A model generated the notes under the pieces. The model was not told where the DNA came from, did not search any database, and worked only from the letters and a program-made list of their open reading frames with translations. The position numbers and the translations under genes are program-made. From an uncultured delta proteobacterium (GTDB lineage: Bacteria > Myxococcota_A > Polyangia > Polyangiales > Polyangiaceae), in assembly GCA_963716725.1 (NCBI GenBank), contig CAVQUB010000005.1:734725-798724 (forward strand): DNA of 64,000 nt, given 5' to 3'. Positions 10,740-19,499 of this stretch are shown here, piece after piece. Position 1 is the first letter of the stretch. Every line of letters begins with the position of its first letter.

Positions 10740-12115
10740 GAGTGATCTCCCAGCAGGCGCTCGGATTGGGCGCTGCGAATCGAGTGCGTTGGGTCCCAGG
10801 CGTCCCGCACCGACCTCCAGGTGTCCAGTCGAGGTTCCATCTTGGCGAAGTGCTCCGGTCGGCTGAAAGCGTCCTTGGCAAGGTAGATGCGTCCGCCTGC
10901 CCGGATGACGGCCTCATTGAGCGCCGAGACCAGCGTCGGAGTGTTATCGCGGATGGGAAGATCGAGCGCTACCGAGATGCCCGGCATCGGAAAAGACAGG
11001 AGCCCAGCTCCCTCCGCTCCACAGTCCTTCACCACGCACAGAAATGAGGCGCCACCGTGCTCGGACAGCGTCTCGAGCACGCGGCGTGCCGCGGCTCGAC
11101 CGGAGGCGCGAGGCAGCACGCACTGATACTGCGTGACGCCCCGCCGGCCGTACAGGCGATTCCAGTGCGCAACGGCATCCAATGGATAGAAGAAGGATTG
11201 GGGATGGACGATGCGCCTCCGAGGTGAACGCCCGTGAGCTGCATAAAACAACGAGTTGAACAGGCGGACCAGCGGTCCGCGCATCAAGCCATCTGGCATG
11301 GTGAACGGGACCGACGGCCGCCGGTAGGGCTCGGGGGCGCCCGTTTGCGCTTCTCCAGGCTCCGCCCAGCGCCCGCGGATCAGGACGCCGCGGCCGAGGC
11401 GCTGGCCGTGCGTGAGGCAGTCCACCCACGCGACCGTGAAGGGCCATTCGCGCGCGGAGCGTTCCAGACCGGAGATCAGCTCCTCGATGTTGCTCAGGCG
11501 GAACTGCTCGGACACTATCCACGGCGAAGGAATGCGCTCGAGCTGTAGCTCGACCTCCAGGATGTGGCCGGTGAGACCCATGCCACCGAGCGTGGCGCGG
11601 AACAGGTCGGAATTCAGCTGACGCGAGCATTCCAGCACGCGTCCATCTGCGACGCGCAGCAGCAGCCGGGTGACGTGTTCGCCAAAGCAGCCGGCAACGT
11701 GATGGTTCTTGCCATGCACGTCCGCGGCCACCATCCCGCCCAAGGTGACGTTCCAGGTTCCCGGCGAGACCGGCGTGAACCAACCCCGGGGCAGGAAGGT
11801 CGCGAAGAGCGCCCGCAGGGTAAAGCCCGCTTCGGCTCTCAGCACGCCGGTCTCGGGGTCAAAAGCGAGCAGTCGATCCGCGAGCATTGTCGCGACCACC
11901 TCGCGGCGATCGGACGGCGGGAGCGACGAGTCTCCGTACGACCGCCCCAGCCCGCGGCTGAGGACGGCACCTTGGGTCGCGCGCGCGAGATCGGTCGGGC
12001 ATACCTGCCGTGCGCGCACGGGCTGACCGCCCCAGCCGGAGATCAGCTCGTAGCGTTGCTCATGGACCGGTGCCTGGGCCAAGGACGAAGCGAGTGCAAG
12101 GGTCGGAGAATCCAT
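10736..12115 (-). CDS. FAD-binding oxidoreductase, DprE1-like
   Basis: RGLGRSYGDS, PVSPGT..VT.GG..AADVHGKNHH, FFYPLD, QYQ, GGRIYLAKD. Confidence 0.88.
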   Translation of the reverse strand: MDSPTLALASSLAQAPVHEQRYELISGWGGQPVRARQVCPTDLARATQGAVLSRGLGRSYGDSSLPPSDRREVVATMLADRLLAFDPETGVLRAEAGFTLRALFATFLPRGWFTPVSPGTWNVTLGGMVAADVHGKNHHVAGCFGEHVTRLLLRVADGRVLECSRQLNSDLFRATLGGMGLTGHILEVELQLERIPSPWIVSEQFRLSNIEELISGLERSAREWPFTVAWVDCLTHGQRLGRGVLIRGRWAEPGEAQTGAPEPYRRPSVPFTMPDGLMRGPLVRLFNSLFYAAHGRSPRRRIVHPQSFFYPLDAVAHWNRLYGRRGVTQYQCVLPRASGRAAARRVLETLSEHGGASFLCVVKDCGAEGAGLLSFPMPGISVALDLPIRDNTPTLVSALNEAVIRAGGRIYLAKDAFSRPEHFAKMEPRLDTWRSVRDAWDPTHSIRSAQSERLLGDHS

Positions 12116-12178
12116 CTCGCGCCCAGGTGAGCAGGAAGTGTGCCGCCGGACTGGGGTTGCTCGAAGGCGAGGGTGGTT

Positions 12179-12194
12179 TGGCACGCAAGATGCG
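12179..12194 (+). promoter_or_regulatory. sigma54 promoter upstream of the DUF3079 gene
   Basis: TGGCACGCAAGATGCG, GG-N10-GC, about 40 bp before the ATG at 12233. Confidence 0.6.
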
Positions 12195-12232
12195 TTAGAA
12201 TTGCTCGTGCCCAAGCGCAGCCGAGCCGAGAC

Positions 12233-12493
12233 ATGATCGATCCGCGGTGGCTGAATCCGGCTCATCCCGAACGCGTCTGCTGGGGGTGTGACAAACTCTG
12301 CCCGGCGAACGATCTGACGTGCGGGAACGGCACCGAGCGAACGATGCACCCGGCGGAGCTATTCGGCGAGGACTGGCAGGAGTGGCGGCCGCCCGAAGAG
12401 GGGTGCACGGGCGACGACCCTGCCCCGGAGGTGAACGAGCCCCGCACTCCGATCGAAACGACATCAGCGACCTCGCCCCCGACACGGCCCTAG
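12233..12493 (+). CDS. DUF3079-like small Cys-rich protein
   Basis: P.HPERVCWGCDKLC....L.CGNG..R..HP.ELFG.DW. Confidence 0.75.
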   Translation: MIDPRWLNPAHPERVCWGCDKLCPANDLTCGNGTERTMHPAELFGEDWQEWRPPEEGCTGDDPAPEVNEPRTPIETTSATSPPTRP

Positions 12494-12503
12494 TCCCTGA
12501 CGT

Positions 12504-13043
12504 TCAGAATACCCAAAAGACATCCAGCTCCGGGATCAGCGTCTTCTTGGGAAGCACGAAGTTCACGGCGGCGTCCCCCCAGGCCACCGGGTCCAAGCCC
12601 CGCTCGGAGAAGTTCACTCGCAGCGAGAGCGAACCGTTCTCTGGCGCTGGAGAAGGGGTCGCCTCCCAGCCGGCGCAAATGCGCTTGATTCCGAGGGTGC
12701 CGTTCGCCGCCAAAGACAAAGCCTGCCGCTTTACTCCCGTGGGAGTCACGTCGGTAGATAGCGCAGCGCTCTGTGTCTTCTCGCTTTCGCTGAGCGCCTC
12801 GCTGAGCGCGGCCTGAACGGCGTCCACGACGTCGATGTGTAGGCCCACCTCGTTGATCCGTATCGCCAGAGCCGCGTAGTCCTCGAGGATCCGCTTGGCG
12901 CCCGCCTGATCGAAGACCCCGTCCGGCTGCTCGAAGCGCCGCACGACGTCGCTCATGTCCGGTGGTGTGGGTTTGTCAATCGGCTCGGGCCTGTCGGCGC
13001 ACGCACCCACCAGAAGCGCGGCCAATGCGGTTTGAATACGCAT
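12504..13043 (-). CDS. Hypothetical lipoprotein (possibly 3'-truncated)
   Basis: MRIQTALAALLVGAC lipobox. Confidence 0.5.
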   Translation of the reverse strand: MRIQTALAALLVGACADRPEPIDKPTPPDMSDVVRRFEQPDGVFDQAGAKRILEDYAALAIRINEVGLHIDVVDAVQAALSEALSESEKTQSAALSTDVTPTGVKRQALSLAANGTLGIKRICAGWEATPSPAPENGSLSLRVNFSERGLDPVAWGDAAVNFVLPKKTLIPELDVFWVF

Positions 13044-13186
13044 GAGCAGCAAGTGTAGCGTGGTCGGGCTAGCTCGGGCCGCCATTTCGCGCGATTGAGC
13101 GCCGGCCTTGCCGGGCTGAGCGTGCTACCAGCACCAGAGTCATCCATGAGCCCCACCGCCCTCGCCCTGCGTCCCGGAGTTAGCTG

Positions 13187-13735
13187 TTGAAGCACGTTTG
13201 CGGATCGCTCTTCGTCGACTACGTGCGCCTGATCCGATCGCGCAAGGACATTGACTGGTCCCGCTATCTCGAGCCCGAAGACTCCGGGTTCCTCCAAGGG
13301 CGCGTTGATGATTCGGCCTGGTACCCCATCGCGACCTACGAGCGTTTTGGTGTTGGCATTTTGAGCGCGGTCGCTGGCAACTCGCTCGCGACGGTGCGCA
13401 TGTGGGGTCAATTTCAAGTCGACGCCATGCTCCGACTTCGACCCGATATCTTGGAGGTGGGCGATCCGCGCGAGTCGCTGATGCGCGTGGTGGTGCACCG
13501 CAAGGGCTTCTTCGACTACGACGTGCTCACGGTGAAGGAAATCCTGGACGATCATGCGCGCCTGGAGCTCAACTACGCCATGAACGGCGTGGCCGAGCTG
13601 GCCGCGTGCTCGCAGACCTTGGGCGCCCTGGAAGAGTTGGTACGACGCGCCGGCGGCCAGAACGTGCGCGCTGCTTTCACGGAGCGCACCTGGGAAGGCG
13701 ACCCCCGCACCGTGCTCGAAATCAACTGGGCGTAG
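13187..13735 (+). CDS. Myxobacterial conserved hypothetical (DUF2378/V4R-like fold suspected)
   Basis: K.V.GSLF..Y, ...WYP, G.LEEL....GG, terminal W pattern. Confidence 0.55.
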   Translation: MKHVCGSLFVDYVRLIRSRKDIDWSRYLEPEDSGFLQGRVDDSAWYPIATYERFGVGILSAVAGNSLATVRMWGQFQVDAMLRLRPDILEVGDPRESLMRVVVHRKGFFDYDVLTVKEILDDHARLELNYAMNGVAELAACSQTLGALEELVRRAGGQNVRAAFTERTWEGDPRTVLEINWA

Positions 13736-13768
13736 CGCGCGGGTGGGCCAGCGACTTGCGCGGATCAG

Positions 13769-14392
13769 TCAGTCACGAAGGCCCTTCTTGGCGCGGATTT
13801 GCGGCACCCATTTGTCGACCCTGGCCGCCCGCGTCTCGGACTTCTTGGCGCCCGAAAAGTGGAGATTGTAGGCCCGCTGCCGTCCGGGCGTCAGCGCTGC
13901 GAACGCGGCCCGCAGCCCGGGGTCGCCTTTCAGACGGACCTGGAGCTCGTCGACGAGCACGAGCTTGGGCGCCTTGGGAAGCGCCAGCCCCGCCGTCTCT
14001 GCGGCGATGGCATGGCGAACATAGTCTCGAAGGACAGCCTCCCGCTTCACGACCTGAGCCGCCGTGGTGAAGCAGACGCGAAGCGCCGAGCGTGTATTGT
14101 CGCCTTGCTTCTCGAGCAGGCCGTGCGGGTCTGGCAATAGCGCTCCCTTGAAGAACAGCAGGGCGACGAATGCCTTGAACTCCTGGATGATGGCGACGTT
14201 GTTGCCCTCGTGCGCGTAGCAGGGCTTGCCCCATTTCAACGCCTCGCTGAGACCGCAATCGAGCATGATGCTCCGCAACCGAGCGCACTCCTTCGGCCAT
14301 CGCCTGCCCTTGGCCAGGTAGGCGTCGACCTCGGGGCTCTTGCTCGCTCTCGCTGCTCGTCTTGCGGGCACGCCTTCGTCTCCTACGCCCAT
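13769..14392 (-). CDS. YdeI/OmpD-associated (DUF1801) protein
   Basis: LKWGKPCY, FFKGALL.DP, AF.ALTPGRQR.Y...F..AK...TR. Confidence 0.9.
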   Translation of the reverse strand: MGVGDEGVPARRAARASKSPEVDAYLAKGRRWPKECARLRSIMLDCGLSEALKWGKPCYAHEGNNVAIIQEFKAFVALLFFKGALLPDPHGLLEKQGDNTRSALRVCFTTAAQVVKREAVLRDYVRHAIAAETAGLALPKAPKLVLVDELQVRLKGDPGLRAAFAALTPGRQRAYNLHFSGAKKSETRAARVDKWVPQIRAKKGLRD

Positions 14393-14593
14393 GGATGTGG
14401 CCAGAGCGCCGCCGTGGGGTCAAGGGTGGCAGCCGGAACTCGTCAACGCGGATGCGACCTGCGAACCCGGTCGAGTGGCACATGAGCACGGACGGTCCGC
14501 GCCCTGAGCCGGCGTCGCGCTCGGCTCGTCCGACCGCATTTGCGCTCGCGCTCCGCCTACGCCGCCGATCGTGAGCTAGAGTCGGATCGGTCC

Positions 14594-16582
14594 ATGCACG
14601 ACCCGCTCGATCCATCCGCGGTGGGCACGCAGACCCGCCTCGAAAACGAGCTCCGCCAGGCGGAGCAGCGGTTCCGTGCGGCTTTCGACAACCCCGCCCT
14701 CGGCGTGGCCATCGTCGGCTTGGACGGTCGCTTCCTCCGCGTGAACGGCTGCCTCTGCGAGCTGACCGGATGCTCGGAGCAGGAGCTGCTCGGACTGACG
14801 TTCTCGGAGATGACGCACCCGGACGATGTCCAAGTCGGCGTCGATCATCTGGAGCGCTTGCTGCGGCGCGAGATCCTGTCCTGCTCGTTCGAGAAGCGTT
14901 ACCGACGCAAGGACGGCGGGCACGTCTGCTTGCTGGTCAGTCCCACGTTGATCTTGGACGCCGAAGACACTGCGGTCTACTTCATCAGTCAGTTCCAAGA
15001 TCTCACGGAGAGCAAGCGAGCGGACGCCGCGCGACGGGAAGCGGAGGCGCGATTCCGCGTCTACGTGGACAACGCCCCAGATGGGCTGTTCGTGATCGAC
15101 CGAGAAGGACGTTACGTGGAGGCGAACTCCGCGGCGTGCGCGCTGGTCGGGTACTCCCGCGAAGAACTCTTGCGCCTCTCGATAGTCGATCTAGTCCCCC
15201 CAGCTAGGAGGCAGCTCGCCGCGACCGCGCTGCACGCTCTCAACGAGGGCGAGGACCTACAACGTGAGGCGTTCCTGCAGGCGAAGAATGGCGAGGTCGT
15301 GCCGGTCGAAATGCACGCCGTGATGCTCGGGGGAGGCCAGCTGATGGCCCTCTGTCGCGACATGCGGCCACGCCTTCGCGCCGAGGCAGAACGCGCAGCC
15401 CTCAACGCGAAGCTGCAGCAGGCCCAGAGGCTCGAGAGCTTGGGCTTGCTCGCTGGCGGAGTTGCTCACGACTTCAACAACCTACTGGTCGGCATCTTGG
15501 GAAACGCGGAGCTCGCCAAACGCGCTCTCGCCCCCGAGGATCCGCGTCGATCGGTCATCGACGGGATCCGTGTCGCCGCGACGCGAGCCGCCGCGCTGTG
15601 CAGTCAGCTCCTGGCGTACACTGGGCGCGGGCGGCGCGAGATCGGGGCGGTGGACCTGGGACAGATCGCGCGGGAGACGCCCGAGGTCATCCCGACTTCG
15701 ACCCTTGGGAAAGCCGAAATCGTCTACGACTTGGCTCCAGGGCTTGCGCTGCTCACGGGTGACATCACTCAGATTCGGCAGGTCGTGACCAACCTGCTGA
15801 CCAACGCCTGCGAAGCGCTCGCGGAGGGACGGGGCACGGTCCGAGTGTCGACGGGTCGATGCGAGATCTCGATCGACGACGCGCGGGAGATGGGACTGCC
15901 GAACGACGCTCCGTCCGGGCCCTATGTCTACCTGGAAGTCGCCGACGATGGGGTGGGAATGGACGAAGCGACGCGCTCCGCGATGTTCGATCCGTTCTTC
16001 ACCACCAAGTTCACCGGGCGAGGGTTGGGGCTTGCCGCGTTGCAGGGGATCGTCCGGAGCCACGGGGGCTGCGTGCAGGTGGTGAGCGACCTCGGGAAAG
16101 GCACTTCCGTTCGTGTGATCTTGCCCGCAGGAGCGGCCCCGACGACCGCTGAGGCCAAGCGTGAACTGCGCCCAGGGACGGACGTGGCCAGAGGCCATCT
16201 GCTCTTGATCGACGACGACGCCGCGGTCCGGGATGCGACGCGGGCGATGCTCGAAGCCATCGGCTACGAGGTGGTCGCGGCTGCAAACGGGGGCGAAGCC
16301 GCCGGGATCTTGCACGAGAGCGGTGCGCGAGTTCAGGGCGTGATCATGGACCTGACGATGCCGGATGTCGCCGGAGAGGACCTGTTCGGCGAAGTGCGGC
16401 GCGCACAACCGGGGATCCCCATCGTGATCGCGAGCGGCTACAGCGCGCACGCCCTCCCGGAACTCATGCTGACCGGTCCGGGAGTCGTCTTCCTCCAGAA
16501 GCCATACTCCATCGACCAGCTCTCGACCGCTGTCGCCCGCGCCCTCGATGCCGGGCCGCCGACGCCGTCGCCGACCGTCTGA
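14594..16582 (+). CDS. PAS-PAS hybrid sensor histidine kinase/response regulator
   Basis: Two PAS domains, AHDFNNLL H-box, NLLTNA, DDGVG, FDPFFTTK, GLGLA, receiver LLIDDD...DLTMP...KPY. Confidence 0.95.
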   Translation: MHDPLDPSAVGTQTRLENELRQAEQRFRAAFDNPALGVAIVGLDGRFLRVNGCLCELTGCSEQELLGLTFSEMTHPDDVQVGVDHLERLLRREILSCSFEKRYRRKDGGHVCLLVSPTLILDAEDTAVYFISQFQDLTESKRADAARREAEARFRVYVDNAPDGLFVIDREGRYVEANSAACALVGYSREELLRLSIVDLVPPARRQLAATALHALNEGEDLQREAFLQAKNGEVVPVEMHAVMLGGGQLMALCRDMRPRLRAEAERAALNAKLQQAQRLESLGLLAGGVAHDFNNLLVGILGNAELAKRALAPEDPRRSVIDGIRVAATRAAALCSQLLAYTGRGRREIGAVDLGQIARETPEVIPTSTLGKAEIVYDLAPGLALLTGDITQIRQVVTNLLTNACEALAEGRGTVRVSTGRCEISIDDAREMGLPNDAPSGPYVYLEVADDGVGMDEATRSAMFDPFFTTKFTGRGLGLAALQGIVRSHGGCVQVVSDLGKGTSVRVILPAGAAPTTAEAKRELRPGTDVARGHLLLIDDDAAVRDATRAMLEAIGYEVVAAANGGEAAGILHESGARVQGVIMDLTMPDVAGEDLFGEVRRAQPGIPIVIASGYSAHALPELMLTGPGVVFLQKPYSIDQLSTAVARALDAGPPTPSPTV

Positions 16583-16699
16583 CGGAGGCTCCCACCCCGG
16601 GCGCAACGCTACGGGGCGCAGGCGTCCATGCTCTGCTGCCCCGCGCTCCGGCTCAGCGTGAAGAGCACGGGGGCGTGGCGGCAAAGTCCGGGGGTCTGA

Positions 16700-17290
16700 T
16701 CACCAGGTCAGCGCATCGCCGCCGATCGTGACGCCCACGGCGGCCATCGGTATGTCAGCCTCGACAATCAGCCCAAGGCGCCCCTCGAGCCCGACGCGCA
16801 CCCGTGACCGCACCAGGAACCAGCCGCTGACTGCAAACAAGTAGCCTCCGTCGAGCTCGGCCGGCGTGATTGTCTCGCCGAGCACGGTGGAGCGCACTTG
16901 CAAGCGGTACGCGCCCATCCCCGCCCGAAGGCGCAGATGCCAGAAGTCGAAGGCGGGCCCCGCGACGAACGCCAAGGTCGACATCGAGCTGGTCGAGTGG
17001 AGCGTCCCGAACGGCGGCCCGACATCCCTCGCCTCCTGGCTCGCGTAGAGTGGGTAGTACCCCACGTCGATGTAGGGCGAGAGGAAGTACGGCGAACGAA
17101 AGAGCGCGTACGCTGCGAAGGCTTCCCCCCCGTTCTTCGACCAGACGCGCTGTTCATTCTCGGTGTGCACACGGAGCGACCACGAGTGACCGCCGAACAG
17201 GTTGACCTCCAGGGCGTGGCGCGGTCCGCTTTCCGCATGCGCGCTCGATGCCAGCGACGCGACGAAAAACAAACAACGAGCGCGCTTCAT
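16700..17290 (-). CDS. Hypothetical exported protein, probable small outer-membrane beta-barrel
   Basis: Signal peptide (AHA), alternating beta-strand pattern, C-terminal W; overlaps the upstream stop by 4 nt. Confidence 0.55.
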   Translation of the reverse strand: MKRARCLFFVASLASSAHAESGPRHALEVNLFGGHSWSLRVHTENEQRVWSKNGGEAFAAYALFRSPYFLSPYIDVGYYPLYASQEARDVGPPFGTLHSTSSMSTLAFVAGPAFDFWHLRLRAGMGAYRLQVRSTVLGETITPAELDGGYLFAVSGWFLVRSRVRVGLEGRLGLIVEADIPMAAVGVTIGGDALTW

Positions 17291-18573
17291 GGTCCGAGCC
17301 CGATCTCGTTGCCCAGGCTCTGCACTCGGTGTTGGAGCAAGCCGGGCCGGTTGCTGAGCATGCCGTTGGGCCGTCCCTCCCGCAGGAAGAGATCCATGAA
17401 TTCGACCTCGTCGATGGTCCAGTACACGACGGCGTGCCCGTCTGCTTGCAGCGCCTTCACCTCGGACGCGCTCGGACCCTGGGTCCAGCGCGGAGCCCAA
17501 ACGTGACATCCTGTGCTGCGCACATCGCTGGGATCGAGCTCGACGACGCAGTGCGGCCCCTCGGGTCGCTTGGCCTCGCGGAAGGCGTCCAGGATTTCCG
17601 GCTCTCCGAGCCCGACGGCGATCTGAAGCTTGCGCCCTTTGTCCTTGGCGAGCTTCCAGTGCTTCGCCGCGAGATCGAGCGCCGGCTGAACAGCCGCCGG
17701 CCGCTTGATGTCCAGCCAGATCCCTTCCAGATCGGTCTCGTCTATCACTGTCGTCAGGGCATCTTCAACGGTCGGGATCGGCTCGCCGTACTCCAGCGTG
17801 CAGAGCGCCCGCACGTGCGCGAACGTGTGTTCGTCGAGCGAGCCCCGGCAGTATGTGCCATTGACCAGCCGCGCGCTGAAGCCCGGTTCGTGGAACAGAA
17901 TGGGCACGCCGTCCTTGGTGAGCTGCACGTCCACCTCGACGGCCGTCGCGCCGAGTCCCTCCGCCATGCGGATCAGAGCGAGGCTGTTCTCGGACGCCCC
18001 GCAGTCGTCAATGGTCCGGCACCCGCCGCGATGCCCGACGATCATGAACTTGCCCGCGGTATCGAGCAGTGGGCGCTCGCGCTCCACCGACAGCGCGGCG
18101 TCGGGCAGCTCCCCGCCCACGCCGCTCTGGCCCACGAGGCTCGGCATTGAGCCATCGGTGATCGCCGGCCCGATCCCGCACAGCGCGCGGGCGTGGGCCG
18201 CCGGCTCTACGAACAAGCGGATCAAACCCGTGTCAGCGGACGCCGCATAGCGGTAGTACCCCTCGAGCACGAGCCGCTCCCCCGCGTCGATGCAGCCCGC
18301 TCGGAGCACCGCGTACGCGGCGTTCTTGGCCGCAAACAGCGAGACCGCGCGACGCGTCGAGCGCACCACGACGCTCGACCCGAAGCGCCCGGTGCCGTCG
18401 CCGACTCGGTACACGCCCGAGAGGCCCTGCAAGAGCTGCGGATCCGCGGGCGTCGCGGCCGCAAGAAGCCCGCCGTTCGGAAAGGTCGGGTGCAGGACTT
18501 CTTCGCGGGCCGAGCAGGAGAGCCCGAGTCCGAGCGCCACCACGGCCAGAGCGAGGTATCGATCAGAACGCAT
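17287..18573 (-). CDS. Glycerophosphodiester phosphodiesterase family lipoprotein
   Basis: IVGHRGG, ENSL, VEVDVQLTKDGVPILFH, IPTVEDAL, LDIK, WTID; lipobox LGLSC. Confidence 0.85.
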   Translation of the reverse strand: MRSDRYLALAVVALGLGLSCSAREEVLHPTFPNGGLLAAATPADPQLLQGLSGVYRVGDGTGRFGSSVVVRSTRRAVSLFAAKNAAYAVLRAGCIDAGERLVLEGYYRYAASADTGLIRLFVEPAAHARALCGIGPAITDGSMPSLVGQSGVGGELPDAALSVERERPLLDTAGKFMIVGHRGGCRTIDDCGASENSLALIRMAEGLGATAVEVDVQLTKDGVPILFHEPGFSARLVNGTYCRGSLDEHTFAHVRALCTLEYGEPIPTVEDALTTVIDETDLEGIWLDIKRPAAVQPALDLAAKHWKLAKDKGRKLQIAVGLGEPEILDAFREAKRPEGPHCVVELDPSDVRSTGCHVWAPRWTQGPSASEVKALQADGHAVVYWTIDEVEFMDLFLREGRPNGMLSNRPGLLQHRVQSLGNEIGLGP

Positions 18574-19378
18574 AGCCCGCCAAAAATCTGGGGTACCAAA
18601 GGTGTGAACGCGAATCCGAGAAGGCGATCCACGCCTGGTAGTCCGGCTGGGCGTACATCGCCGCGACGCCGTAATATACGTCGCCGCGCTTTCCCACGAA
18701 ATTTTCCACGACCAAAGTCAACGAGGCGCCTGCTAGGGTGATGTTCTGCCGGCTGACGTGCGTCGTGTCACCGAGCCTCACGTGCTGGGCAAGCATGATG
18801 ATGCCCTCGACGGCGAGCGAGAAACGGATGTCGCCCATCGGGACGCCGAGGTTCACCCCCGGCTGGTTGAGGTAGCCCCAAGCCGCGGCGTCGAAGCCCT
18901 GCATATCGAGGATGCCGTACCAGACACCGAAGTGGTCCATCACGCCGAAGGAAAGATCCCCGACTCGGTGGGACCACGCGGCGCCGAGCTCCAGCTGGTT
19001 GGTGACGTAGATGACGCTGGCACGCGCGTCGGCGGAGAATCCGGCGGGCAGCCCGACGCGGACGGCGCCCGTGAGCTGCGGGACCGTGCGCAGCTCGGAT
19101 TCGACGGTCTGGCGCGGCAGGATGTCCACCAGTGCCCCGGCCGCCGTCCGGACTCGGTACTCGCCGGGACCGTCGGGGTGGAAGAGCGGCCCAGGCGACT
19201 CGCCGGTCCCAGCGCGAGCCACGCCCGTCGAGGCGACGAGCAGCACCGCCGCGCATGACGCGCGTAAGACATTCGAACTCTGGATCCCCACCGGCCCCGA
19301 GGCTACGCGCTTGGTCGGCGATGCAGCAGACCAACGAGCGGCGTAGTGCTGCCCCGCCGCTCTAGAATCGCCACTCAT
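18563..19378 (-). CDS. Hypothetical exported protein, probable beta-barrel (start uncertain)
   Basis: Signal-like VLLVASTGVARA, beta-strand alternation, C-terminal GYAF. Confidence 0.55.
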   Translation of the reverse strand: MSGDSRAAGQHYAARWSAASPTKRVASGPVGIQSSNVLRASCAAVLLVASTGVARAGTGESPGPLFHPDGPGEYRVRTAAGALVDILPRQTVESELRTVPQLTGAVRVGLPAGFSADARASVIYVTNQLELGAAWSHRVGDLSFGVMDHFGVWYGILDMQGFDAAAWGYLNQPGVNLGVPMGDIRFSLAVEGIIMLAQHVRLGDTTHVSRQNITLAGASLTLVVENFVGKRGDVYYGVAAMYAQPDYQAWIAFSDSRSHLWYPRFLAGYAF

Positions 19379-19499
19379 CTGCGCGAGGCTACCTGCAATG
19401 CGCCGCGCCCGCAGCTTGCAGTCGCTCAGCCGCGCCCCCTTCGCGCGGCCGCGTTGGATCGGCCCAATCGCCGGCCGCGCCCGTCGGACTCCGGCGCGA

